The notes: generated by a model not told the origin, from the letters alone. Shown: positions 9,722-19,380, counted from the first letter of the stretch. The stretch: DNA of 27,987 nucleotides from Candidatus Moanibacter sp. (GCA_965215885.1 CBDCEW010000069.1:1-27987), one strand, 5' to 3'. A program made the numbers and translations.

Positions 9722-9857
9722 TTCGCTGCGCACACCAGATGATACATCAGCACCGATACATTGTGACTTCTGTGGATGTAACGACTTCCCATCCCCTATC
9801 ATCACATACCACTAAAGCCGAAGCAAGCTTCGGCGAATTGAACCCAGCGAGATTAAA
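9722..9857 (-). mobile_element. Truncated left end of the IS200-type element found at 16.6-17.1 kb
   Basis: 133/136 identical to 16997-17132. Includes the hairpin GCCGAAGC-AA-GCTTCGGC, the tnpA 5' codons and the flanking TTTAA on the minus strand. Confidence 0.92.
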
Positions 9858-9956
9858 TCCGTCTAACAACCATAGAACCAATAGCCCGGAGTAGAAAACT
9901 CTGACTGACACCTTCACACTCACTCCTAAATTGGCCCAGCAAGCAATCTCTCGCAA

Positions 9957-10865
9957 ATGAACTTTGGTCTCCAAAAATTCGCACCCCTGAGAACCGCACT
10001 ATTCGTCCCGGGGGATCGGCCCGATCGTGTGGACAAAGCCGTCGCAACGGCAGCAGACGCCGTCATCATTGATCTGGAAAACGCGGTTCCTCGAATAAAG
10101 AAGGTGGAAACGCGCGGAGTTGTTCGGGATAAACTCCTGGAATTCCGTGGCCGGGAGAAAAACATTATTGTACGGGTAAATGCCCTGGAATCGGGTTTAC
10201 TGGAAGGCGACCTGCAAGAGGTAGTGGTAGAAAATCTCGCCTGCATCCTCGTCCCTAAAGTGGATAGCGGCGACCAGTTACGGAGGATTAATTCCCTCCT
10301 CCTCGAGGCGGAAACGGAAAAGGGGATTGGAGCGGGAAGAATTGCCCTGATGCTTATGATCGAATCCGCAAAAGGGGTCCAGAACGTTTACGAAATCGTC
10401 TCGGAAAGGACTGAGCCAAGCAGGCTCTTTACGGTAGCTTTCGGGGCGGCTGACTATTGTTTGGATCTAGGTATTGATATCACAAAGGATGGACGAGAAC
10501 TGGACTATCCCCGCTCCCGCATCCCGGTTGCCTGCCGAGCGGCCGATATTGCACCACCGTTGGACACACCCTTTTTGATAAACTTGAAAGACCTCGAATC
10601 GCTTCACAAAGATGCAATGCGCGCACAGCAGCTGGGGTTTCAGGGCAAACTCTGCATTCATCCCAATCAAATTGAAACCTGCAATGACGTCTTTTCTCCG
10701 ACCAAAGAGGAAACACTTCATGCCGAGAAGGTCGTTCGAGCCTTCGAAGAGGCGGAAGCCCAGGGAGTGGGGGCGATTCAATTCGAAGGAAGGATGATCG
10801 ATCTTCCCGTCGTGGAACGCTCGAGACGCATCCTCGAACTGGCAGCCGCTATCAAGGGTAGATAA
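9957..10865 (+). CDS. CitE-like / HpcH-HpaI family CoA-ester lyase
   Basis: RTALFVPG, DAVIIDLENAV, VRVN, LVPKV, IESAKG, FGAADY, GKLCIHPNQI and MIDLP. Confidence 0.92.
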   Translation: MNFGLQKFAPLRTALFVPGDRPDRVDKAVATAADAVIIDLENAVPRIKKVETRGVVRDKLLEFRGREKNIIVRVNALESGLLEGDLQEVVVENLACILVPKVDSGDQLRRINSLLLEAETEKGIGAGRIALMLMIESAKGVQNVYEIVSERTEPSRLFTVAFGAADYCLDLGIDITKDGRELDYPRSRIPVACRAADIAPPLDTPFLINLKDLESLHKDAMRAQQLGFQGKLCIHPNQIETCNDVFSPTKEETLHAEKVVRAFEEAEAQGVGAIQFEGRMIDLPVVERSRRILELAAAIKGR

Positions 10866-10889
10866 TTGCTCTTTAACGCAGTCTCCTCG

Positions 10890-11230
10890 GCCAAGCGCAA
10901 GCTACACCTGGTCGTGGTCGGGAGGACCAATCTGATTCGATTTACCGTGAGGGTAGGAAGCTCGCTCGCGAGCGATCAGGACGGCATTGGGAGTTCCATT
11001 CGCGCGCAAGCACGCTTCCTACAGCCTGGAGGCTTCCTACACCTGGAGGTGGACGGGCGACCAATCTGCCTCAATTAACCGTTAGGGTAGGAAGCTCGCT
11101 CGCGAGCGATCAGGATGGCATTGGGAGTTCCATTCGCGCGCAAGCACGCTTCCTACAGCCTGGAGGTGGTAGGGACGACCTATCTGCTATGATTTACCGT
11201 GAGGGTAGGAAGCTCGCTCGCGAGCGATCG
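10890..11230. repeat. Tandem array of GTAG-type REP doublets (REPIN/BIME-like): 2 full units plus partial flanks
   Basis: GTAGGAAGCTCGCTCGCGAGCGAT at 10953, 11087 and 11205. Inverted partner TCGCGCGCAAGCACGCTTCCTAC ends at 11022 and 11156. Periods are 134 and 118 bp. Confidence 0.85.
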
Positions 11231-11285
11231 AGAGTTCTATTATTTCAGTTGTATCGAGCGACCGGTTCAATAGAGAGTCTCAGCC

Positions 11286-14210
11286 ATGCCGCCAGAGTCG
11301 GAGGAACGGTTGAGAGACAAACTCTCCGGAAAGATTGCAGGGGAAGTCCATTTCGACCGCATCAACCGTGCGATTTATTCGACTGATGCCAGCGTCTACC
11401 AGATCATGCCGGTAGGTGTGGTGAAACCGAAGACACGCGATGACGTCCTAACGGTAATGCGTGTCTGCCGCGAATGTAGCATACCCATCACAGCGCGTGG
11501 AGGTGGCACCTCTCAGGCCGGTCAGGCCATTGGGGCGGGACTTCAGCTCGATTTTTCAAGATATTACAATCGAATTCTGGATATTGATCCCAAGGGGCAA
11601 ACAGTGCGAGTAGAACCGGGGATCGTTCTCGATGAACTGAATCGCGAATTGAAGTCCAGTGGCCTGGAATTACCGCTCGATCTGTCAACCGCGAACCAGG
11701 CGACGATCGGCGGGATGATCGCCAATAACTCTGCCGGCACGCGCTCAGTGCTCTATGGGAAGACGCTCGACTACGTTCTGGAGCTGACGGTCGCCCTGTC
11801 GGATGGCTCGATCGTGCGTTTTGCCCCGTTATCGGAAGAGGAAGTAAAGGCGATATGCGATCAGGACAACCTCGAGGGAAGGATATACCGAGTTGTGCAT
11901 CGAATCGGAAGCGAGCATGCCAATGAAATTGAGCGCCGCTTTCCGAAGATTCTGCGGCGCGTGGGCGGATACAATCTCGATGAATTTGTCGATTCCAAGA
12001 ATGGATTTAATCTCTCACGGTTGATCGTCGGCTCGGAGGGCACACTTGGCATCGTCCTCGAGGCTAAGCTCAGGCTCGTTCCCTTACCCGAGAAAAGGAT
12101 TGTCTGCGTCATTCAGTTTGAGAAGCTGCTCGACTCCCTTGCGGCAACTCCCGCGATCCTCGATCATGATCCATCGGCAGTCGAGTTGGTGGACAAGAGT
12201 ATCCTCGACACGACTTCAGGGAAAACGGAATTCGAGCCGCTTCGCGACTTCATCGTGGGAGATCCCGGTGCCGTGTTAATTGTCGAGTTTCTCGGGAAGG
12301 AAGGAGACGACCTCTCAGGTAAGGTAGACACTCTCGCTAACGAATTTCACGGGCACCCCATGCACCGCGCAATCGATCCTTCGGCGCAGGCCCGAATCTG
12401 GAAACTGCGCAAAGCGGCCCTCGGACTTTCCATGGCTCAGAGGGGCGATGCGAAATCGATTTCCTTTGTCGAAGACAGCGCGGTGGCGCCTGATCGGCTC
12501 CACGATTACATCGAGCAGTTTCTGGAAATCCTCAAAGAGAACGATACGGAGGCGGGTTTTTATGCCCATGCTTCAGTCGGACTCCTGCACATTCGTCCGG
12601 TAATAAGTATGAAGACCGCGGACGGGATCGGGAAATTCGAGCGAATTCTCGATCAGATTTCCGATCTTTTGCTTGAATTCGGCGGAGCGCTTTCAGGAGA
12701 GCACGGTGACGGACTGGTTCGCGCCCCGTTTCAGGAAAAGATGTTCGGCCCCGTGCTTTACGAAGCGTTTCGAGAGATCAAGCGCACATTCGATCCCCCC
12801 GGGCTGTTCAATCCGGGCAAGATCGTCGACGCGCCACCCCTCACCGAAAATCTGCGTTACGGGTCAGAGTACCGTACGAACTCGATGAAGACAGCTTTCG
12901 ATTTTTCAGACTTTGGCGGGATTTCGCGAGCAGCCGAGCAGTGTGGGGGCGTGGGAGATTGCCGAAAGCTTCGGGTAGGTACGATGTGCCCGTCATACAT
13001 GGCGACATTGGATGAGCGCGACTCGACGCGAGGGCGGGCTAACGCTCTACGCCTGGCGATTTCCGGGCAACTTGGCCCTGATGGATTGGCCGATCGCGAT
13101 CTCCATTCCGTCCTGGACCTTTGTCTGGAATGTAAAGCCTGTAAGACGGAGTGTCCAACCGGCGTCGATATGGCGCGCATGAAAAGTGAGTTTCTTCACC
13201 AGTATCACAAACGCCACGGGGCGCCGCTGCGAGCACATCTCGTGGCTCATGCAGAAGGGAATGCTCTATGGGGCAGTCGAACAGCGCCGTTTTCTAACTG
13301 GCTTCTCCGCAACCGAATGAGCCGCTTTATCAATGAAAAGCTCTTCGGTTTTGATCGCCGCCGCGTCCCCCCTGCGTTTTCCCGGAAGACTTTTCTCCAC
13401 TGGTGGGGGAAAAATGGACCTGCCTTCGAATCGAACGGATTCCAAAGCGAAAATGAAGTCGGTCTTTTCGTCGACACGTTTACAAACTATCACGAGCCGG
13501 AACACGCCATCGCCGCGGCCCGCGTGATTCATCGTGTCGGTTGGAAAGGCCGGGTCTTACCGCGCGTTTGTTGCGGCCGGCCGCTCATATCCAAGGGATT
13601 TCTGGATTCGGCGAAACGGCAGGCGCGTAGGACCGTTGAGATTCTTTATCCGGTCGCCGCATCCGGTCTACCGATCATCTTCTGCGAACCCAGTTGCTAT
13701 TCCGCCGTAGTGGACGACCACCCGAATCTGCTGCGTGGCGATTGGCAGAGTAAGGCCCACAAGGTGGCGAAGCATTGCCTCACCTTTGAACAATGGATCG
13801 GCCGTGCCATCGATGACTTACCTCTGGAAGAAAAAGGTCAAATGGCTGAAACTTTCGCCGCACTGCCACCGCCGGAGGTTCTCGTTCACGGGCACTGTCA
13901 TCAGAAAGCCCTCATCGGCATCGGTTCGGTCATGGGCGCGCTGAAGGGAGCGCCCAACCTGAAAGCCATCGATATCGATGCCGGTTGTTGCGGCATGGCG
14001 GGGTCGTTCGGCTACGAACAGGAACACTACGAGGTATCGCGTGCATGCGGTGAAAGGAAACTATTCCCGGCCATTCGAAATGCCTCTCCGAAAGATCTCA
14101 TTGTAGCACCCGGATTTTCCTGCCGCCACCAGATTGAGCATTTTCTTAATGTGCGCCCGCTTTCCATGATGCAGGTATGGGATCGACTCCTCCGTAGGCG
14201 TGATCCTTGA
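11286..14210 (+). CDS. FAD-binding and Fe-S-binding oxidoreductase (GlcD/GlcF fusion, YdiJ-like 2-hydroxyacid dehydrogenase)
   Basis: 974 aa with RGGGTSQAGQ, TIGGMIANN, GSEGTLG, SGEHGDG, CLECKACKTECP and two CCG domains. Confidence 0.93.
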   Translation: MPPESEERLRDKLSGKIAGEVHFDRINRAIYSTDASVYQIMPVGVVKPKTRDDVLTVMRVCRECSIPITARGGGTSQAGQAIGAGLQLDFSRYYNRILDIDPKGQTVRVEPGIVLDELNRELKSSGLELPLDLSTANQATIGGMIANNSAGTRSVLYGKTLDYVLELTVALSDGSIVRFAPLSEEEVKAICDQDNLEGRIYRVVHRIGSEHANEIERRFPKILRRVGGYNLDEFVDSKNGFNLSRLIVGSEGTLGIVLEAKLRLVPLPEKRIVCVIQFEKLLDSLAATPAILDHDPSAVELVDKSILDTTSGKTEFEPLRDFIVGDPGAVLIVEFLGKEGDDLSGKVDTLANEFHGHPMHRAIDPSAQARIWKLRKAALGLSMAQRGDAKSISFVEDSAVAPDRLHDYIEQFLEILKENDTEAGFYAHASVGLLHIRPVISMKTADGIGKFERILDQISDLLLEFGGALSGEHGDGLVRAPFQEKMFGPVLYEAFREIKRTFDPPGLFNPGKIVDAPPLTENLRYGSEYRTNSMKTAFDFSDFGGISRAAEQCGGVGDCRKLRVGTMCPSYMATLDERDSTRGRANALRLAISGQLGPDGLADRDLHSVLDLCLECKACKTECPTGVDMARMKSEFLHQYHKRHGAPLRAHLVAHAEGNALWGSRTAPFSNWLLRNRMSRFINEKLFGFDRRRVPPAFSRKTFLHWWGKNGPAFESNGFQSENEVGLFVDTFTNYHEPEHAIAAARVIHRVGWKGRVLPRVCCGRPLISKGFLDSAKRQARRTVEILYPVAASGLPIIFCEPSCYSAVVDDHPNLLRGDWQSKAHKVAKHCLTFEQWIGRAIDDLPLEEKGQMAETFAALPPPEVLVHGHCHQKALIGIGSVMGALKGAPNLKAIDIDAGCCGMAGSFGYEQEHYEVSRACGERKLFPAIRNASPKDLIVAPGFSCRHQIEHFLNVRPLSMMQVWDRLLRRRDP

Positions 14211-14228
14211 TTGAGGAGCAAGTGTGAG

Positions 14229-15080
14229 ATGTATAAGAGCCTCAGTACAGAGTTTCTCGGTTTTGAAACGGACGCAGAGACGACGATTCGACTGGCGCGA
14301 GATTGCGGTTTTGAGGGAGTGGATCTCGGCCAATATCAGGCGCTCGGAGTTATGCGCGATGGCACAGCCCTTGAGGTCCATCGGCAATTGGAGGAGGCCG
14401 GGATTCGTGCCGGCTGCTTTCCTCTCAATCCAAGGAACGTGGCGGGCAATGAAGCCGATTGGAAACGAGACATCGATACGCTGCCGCGTCTGTGCGATAG
14501 CATGCGTTCGGCCGGCTTCACCCGAGCCTATACCGTGATTATCCCTTTTGACGAGAAGCTGGATTACGACGCAAATTTCGATAGGCACGGATCCCGAATT
14601 CGACAGGTAAGGGACATCCTCCTTTCATTCGAGATAAGATTGGGGCTTGAATACATCTCACCGCTCACTCGCCGAATCGGAAACCGCTATCCATTCATCC
14701 ATGATATGGCCGGTGCGCACACTCTATCTAAGGCTGTCGGCAGTCCCAACCCTGGACTCCTGCTGGACTGTTTCCACTGGTACTGTGCGGGTGAAGGAGA
14801 AAGTGATATTCAGGCTCTTGCTCCAGAGCAAATTGTGGGTGTGCATATCAATGACGCGGTGCCGGGACGAACCGTGGAGGAACAGGTTGCATTCGAACGC
14901 AGATTGCCCGGTAGCTCCAAAATGATCGATATTCACTCGTTTCTACAGGGATTAGAATCGATCGGTTACGATGGCCCGGTAGCCTGCGAACCGATGTGCA
15001 AGGAACTCGCTGACCTGCCTATGCCTGTGGCCGCCGCGAAGGTCCGCCACGCCATGGAAGCTGTACTCTCGAACTCCTAG
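14229..15080 (+). CDS. Sugar phosphate isomerase/epimerase (xylose isomerase-like TIM barrel)
   Basis: GFEGVD, LGLEY, LLLDCFHW, VHIND, GYDGPVACE metal-binding motifs. Confidence 0.88.
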   Translation: MYKSLSTEFLGFETDAETTIRLARDCGFEGVDLGQYQALGVMRDGTALEVHRQLEEAGIRAGCFPLNPRNVAGNEADWKRDIDTLPRLCDSMRSAGFTRAYTVIIPFDEKLDYDANFDRHGSRIRQVRDILLSFEIRLGLEYISPLTRRIGNRYPFIHDMAGAHTLSKAVGSPNPGLLLDCFHWYCAGEGESDIQALAPEQIVGVHINDAVPGRTVEEQVAFERRLPGSSKMIDIHSFLQGLESIGYDGPVACEPMCKELADLPMPVAAAKVRHAMEAVLSNS

Positions 15081-15603
15081 TAGCCTGTTAAACAATAATT
15101 GTGGAGCATTTTTTTTGGCCAAGGTGTGAGCAGAGAGGTATGATCGAAGGATGGCAACACGATATATCAATGTCGATCGACGAATGCCAATATTGCTTCC
15201 ACCGGACATGCCGATTGGGTGCGCGAGGATGACATGGTTCATTCTGTCTTCACGGCGGTGGAAAAGATGGACCTGCTTGCGGCAGGAATATACGTGCGCG
15301 GCAGCGGAAGAAAACAATACCCACTATCGATGATGACGGCGCTATTGATCTATTGGTATGCGCTTGGGTTCTTTTCAAGCCGCAAGATCGAGACGGCCAG
15401 TTACCGTGATGTGACGGTTAGATACCTGACAGGGGGCACGTATCCGGATCACGATACGATAGCGAGTCTTCGTCGGAGAAACCGGGAGTTATTCGAGCGG
15501 TGATTCGTGCAGAACTTGGCAATGGGCTGAGAGGTTGGGGTTTTGAAGGTGGGCAAAGTGGGCATCGACGGGACGAAGCTTGGAACGAACCCTAACAAAA
15601 GCA
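15081..15603 (+). mobile_element. IS1182-family remnant (left end plus degenerate 5' half of the transposase)
   Basis: Starts CTAG|TAGCCTGTTAAAC. Reads MATRYINVDR..LLPPDM/DWV..., LLIYWYALGFFSSRKIE, PDHDTIA and IDGTKL, with one frameshift and two internal stops, then truncates. Confidence 0.82.
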
Positions 15604-15678
15604 CAATTGAGATTTGCTGAGTCATAGGTGTACTGAATCATGAAAATTGTAAGACTACAGTCACCGATCTTTCTGATG

Positions 15679-16545
15679 TCATTCAAATTGTTCTGTGTAA
15701 GGATTACCCTCTACGGTATTGTTTTCTATAAATACCAGGATATTTTGCAGTTCTTCTGTTACCGAATCAACACCGCCATAACGTTTAATGAATTTCATTA
15801 GCATAGGCCTTTCAGATAGTTCAATTTGAGGTTCCTTTATTATACCTGAACCTTCATGAAATAGAGAATGAGCCTCAAGACATTCCTGAATCGTTTTTCC
15901 TTCATCAATTGAATCGTCTAATTTCTTATAGTAGATCTTCGTAGCTAACCAGCGCTTACGATCAAGAGTAATTTGGAAATGAATGCCTTTTAGGTTTCCC
16001 ATACTATTGACTCTAGGGAATATCTGCACTGCAGTCACATGTAGGGACCCTTGTCCTTTAACTTTCCCACTGAGAATAATTTGTTCGCCAATTTTCTCAC
16101 AATTTCCTATAGTAAGATAATACTCCTCTTTGAAATATTCATATGTGATAAACTGAATTATTCCTACCTCGATCCTTTGAATAAGGAGAAACTGGATACG
16201 AACTTTTTGCTCAGTATCTGCTCGCCGAAACCCCAAATATAGTCCCTGGATCTCCTTGAGATCATCTTCGTCCCAGCCTTGTTCTTTGAAAGGTACTTTC
16301 TCTGAGGAAGTAAATTTCATGTTAGCTTGCTCAGTTCCTTTTTGGGATGTAATTTTTCTATTGTTAGGATCATTCTTTTTGATCCGAAATAAGGAATAAA
16401 ATAGTGCAATTACTGCGAATCCAACTTCTACAATAAAACATTTAAACAGCAAGCTCCTTTCACTTTCTGTTGGTTGTCCAAAACCGAAAACAATAGCTAA
16501 TGTCGCTATGGTTATTACAGTAGAAATTACAACAAAAGTAAAGAG
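15679..16545 (-). CDS. Low-GC hypothetical membrane protein (two N-terminal TM segments plus a beta-rich domain), 5'-truncated
   Basis: The frame stays open upstream of 16452 to ~16545 (LFTFVVISTVITIATLAIVFGFG...FIVEVGFAVIALFYSLF) with no start codon before the junction. Markedly AT-rich. Confidence 0.7.
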   Translation of the reverse strand, partial: LFTFVVISTVITIATLAIVFGFGQPTESERSLLFKCFIVEVGFAVIALFYSLFRIKKNDPNNRKITSQKGTEQANMKFTSSEKVPFKEQGWDEDDLKEIQGLYLGFRRADTEQKVRIQFLLIQRIEVGIIQFITYEYFKEEYYLTIGNCEKIGEQIILSGKVKGQGSLHVTAVQIFPRVNSMGNLKGIHFQITLDRKRWLATKIYYKKLDDSIDEGKTIQECLEAHSLFHEGSGIIKEPQIELSERPMLMKFIKRYGGVDSVTEELQNILVFIENNTVEGNPYTEQFE

Positions 16546-16592
16546 TGATCAAGAAAAAGGCACCCCAGGCGCTCCTCGCCGACCTGAACAAG

Positions 16593-17127
16593 GGCAAGCC
16601 CCGAGGCATTTTCAAAATAATCCCAACTCCAACTGCCCTTTATGCAATCGCTGGTAATTTGCCTCCTCACCTTGATTCGCGATATAGGCCGCGATCACGC
16701 TCTCGCTGCTGTGTTGCCCCACCGTGTTTACGAAGTACCCTTTTCCCCAGAACTCTCCGCCCCACAGTTGCTTCTTCACCTCCGGTGCTTTCGCACACAC
16801 TTCGCGCGCAGTTACACTCTTCACCGTCGTAACGATCCTCGTCGGACTGTAAGCCGGCACCGACTGGATCAGAAAGTGTGCATGGTCTCGATCTAATCCT
16901 ATTTCCAAGAAGACAATCTCCCAGCGCTTTTCAATCTCGATGCAGGCTGCCCTCAGAACCTCGTCCACACGCTCACTCATCACAACTCGACGATACTTCG
17001 CTGCGCACACCAGATGATACATCAGCACCGATACATTGTGACTTTTGTGGATGTAACGACTTCCCATCCCCTATCATCATATACCACTAAAGCCGAAGCA
17101 AGCTTCGGGGAATTGAACCCAGCGAGA
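16593..17127 (-). mobile_element. IS200-type element (tnpA only); right-end hairpin incomplete
   Basis: Left-end hairpin CCGAAGC-TT-GCTTCGG preceded by TTTAA. After the stop codon, GCCTCGGGGCTTGCCC lacks the rest of its partner arm. Confidence 0.8.
16612..17067 (-). CDS. tnpA: IS200/IS605 family HUH (Y1) transposase
   Basis: YHLVCAAKYRR, HUH motif DHAH, FWGKGYFV and catalytic YIANQ. Confidence 0.95.
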   Translation of the reverse strand: MGSRYIHKSHNVSVLMYHLVCAAKYRRVVMSERVDEVLRAACIEIEKRWEIVFLEIGLDRDHAHFLIQSVPAYSPTRIVTTVKSVTAREVCAKAPEVKKQLWGGEFWGKGYFVNTVGQHSSESVIAAYIANQGEEANYQRLHKGQLELGLF

Positions 17128-17160
17128 TTAAACATCAAAGTTGCTTGCAAAACAAGCTAG

Positions 17161-18368
17161 TATCTTGTAACAGAAAGTATTTCGTATCTAGTTGACGTTC
17201 CAATTGTGTTTTTTCATCTTATTGGGATGGCAAATCGATATCGAGTAACCTTAACTGATCAGGAGCGTGAGGAGCTGGAGACTTTGACGAAAAAGGGCAA
17301 AGGTACCGCGCGCAAGTATATTCACGCGCGAGCATTGCTTTTATGCGACAGCGTCGGGGAGCGATCCCCCTGGAGAGTAGCCGATGTAGCCCAGGGCCTT
17401 GGGGTGACATCGCGAAGCATTGAGCACATCAAGAAGCGTTTTGTAGAAGAGGGCCTGGAGGCTGCGCTGGGTCCGAGGCCCAGATCGAGACCACCCAAAG
17501 TCACCTTCGACGGAGCCTTTGAGGCGCGCCTTACGGCACTGGCGTGCTCTGCGCCCCCTAAAGGCAGGAGCCGATGGACGGTGCGGCTCCTGGCTGAAAA
17601 AGTGGTCGAACTAAAGATTGCACCGAAAGTTTCGGCGATGACCGTTCAACGAACGCTAAAAAAACGAATTTAAGCCTCACCTGAGCAAATATTGGAAGAT
17701 ACCTCCTAAGCACAATGCGGCTTTTGTGGCTTGCATGGAAGACATTCTGGAACTCTACCATCTGCCCTATGATGCGGAGTATCCTCTGGTCTGCATGGAT
17801 GAATCGTGCAAGCAGCTGGTTGGAGAAGTCCATCAGGCTGTTGCGGCTGCCCTTGGGCGAGTTCAACTCGTCGATCATGAATACGTGCGCAAAGGAGTAG
17901 CCGAAATTTTCATGGCCGTCGAACCGCTCGGGGGCAAACGCTATGTGCTCATCACAAAACGGCGAAGACGATGCGAATGGGCTCAATTTATCAAGTACCT
18001 GCTCGAAGAAGAATATCCTCAAGCAACCAGGATCAAGCTGGTCATGGACAACCTCAATACTCATAGTGTGGCCTCATTTTACGAAACCTTCGAACCATCC
18101 GAAGCGAGAAGATTGGCTGAGCGTCTAGAGATCCACTACCCCCCAAAACACGGAAGCTGGCTCAATATCGCAGAGATTGAACTAAGCACACTCCAAATCC
18201 AATGCCTCAATCACAGAATCCCGGAAATCAAACAGATGGGTAACGAAGTGGCAGCTTGGCAACACGATCGAAATAACCGAAATGCCAAGGTTGATTGGCA
18301 GTCTACCACTCAGGATGCACGGATAAAACTAAGACGGTTGTATCCGAAATTATGAAAGATACAAGGTA
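17161..18368 (+). mobile_element. IS630-family element at a CTAG site
   Basis: Left CTAG|TATCTTGTAACAGAAAGTATTTCG versus reverse complement of right CTAG|TACCTTGTATCTTTCATAATTTCG. Boundaries shift by 1 bp if only TA is duplicated. Confidence 0.9.
17227..18355 (+). CDS. IS630 transposase; orfA (HTH) and orfB (DDE) joined by a -1 frameshift at A7 (17658-17664)
   Basis: OrfA has LACS.PP.GRSRWTVRLLA, followed by slippery CTAAAAAAACGAA. OrfB has CMDE, VMDNLNTH and HGSWLNIAEIE. Confidence 0.92.
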
Positions 18369-18497
18369 CTAGACCAACTTTTACCGCAAAATAAAGTAGC
18401 TTATATCCGACTTATCAGGTTTTTACCGAAAAATAGTGGTATTTTATTCTTCCTCCGATTTATCCTGCGAAAGTTTACTTTCCATTCATATCAAACT

Positions 18498-18558
18498 ACC
18501 TAATGCTAGGCCTCACGTACGGAGCGGTAGCGGAGTTGTGTGAAGGCCATTGTGCGCC
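18498..18558 (-). other. Degenerate attC-like integron cassette site
   Basis: Minus strand GGCGCAC-AAT-GGCCTTCACACAAC-TCCGCTACCGCTCC-GTACGTGAGGCC-TAGC-ATTAGGT: a 61-bp hairpin with one unpaired arm base. Each core is one change from AAC/GTT. It sits at the 3' end of a gene. Confidence 0.5.
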
Positions 18559-19187
18559 GATTCGTAGTGTAAATGCAGAGGTGGGAGTGGCGGAGATTCG
18601 AGCTCGAATTCGGGCTTCTCCTGGCGATACTTTGATAGGATCTTCTCAAATCGAATTAATCCTGGTTTATTCGAGTCGCAGTAATAGATATTTACACCGG
18701 TACCAAAGCCTTTCATTTCGTTACAACCGAAACTCAGCTGCGTTCGGAATTCTCGTTTACCGACGAATCACAAAATAGAAAAATCCGGGTAGTATCATCC
18801 GCACACATTCAGGCCACCAAATGTTTTGAGATTCTCCGACTTCAATAGCACTTCTTTTAACGAATCCACATTACTAGTGGTAAGCGGTAAAATTTGTTTG
18901 TAGAACAGCTCTCCATCCATTTCGACAATGTCTGATCGACTGCTCTCAACCTCATACAGCCCCGATTTGAAAGTCGGGTGGGGCAATCCTTCATAGAGTA
19001 CGAGACCGGTCGCATCTTTAATCTGTTTCGCGATCTTCTGATAGTAGCAGAAAGACAAATTCTGGCACCTATCATGAACGGCGGGTATGGCACACTTTAA
19101 TGTGAGCCAAACTATCATCGCCAACATTATTCCGGCATATGCGATTTTTCGAAGTCTCATGTATATGGCGAACATACAATCGTACAC
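18513..19187 (-). pseudogene. Hypothetical protein with N-terminal signal/TM segment, interrupted by two in-frame TGA codons
   Basis: ORFs 18795-19187 and 18513-18716 share a frame: LYEGLPHP...NVCG*YYPDFSIL*FVGKREFRTQLSFGCNEMKGFG. Confidence 0.65.
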
Positions 19188-19380
19188 CAGTTGCTTTTTA
19201 CTGAACGGCCGATGGACCCGATGAGTTGTAAGCCTTTGACTATCTGATCGTTAACCCGTTTAAAACAGCGTTTAACGGCAGGTCATATGCAACATGTCGT
19301 CAATATTGTAATAGGCGACATGCAGCATACTGCCGGAATTCCGCGAATAAACAACAGTAGAGACACGCAGGAATCACCAC

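Noticed and set aside
10890..11230. CRISPR array
   Set aside because: The linkers are homologous to each other, the units are 118-134-bp inverted doublets, and no cas genes are present.
16545..17127. TnpB/IscB RNA-guided nuclease beside tnpA
   Set aside because: No RuvC or zinc-finger ORF is adjacent; the element carries tnpA only.
18513..19187. TGA recoding (Trp/Gly or selenocysteine)
   Set aside because: Intact genes in the window end with TGA and use TGG for Trp; two nonsense mutations are the simpler explanation.
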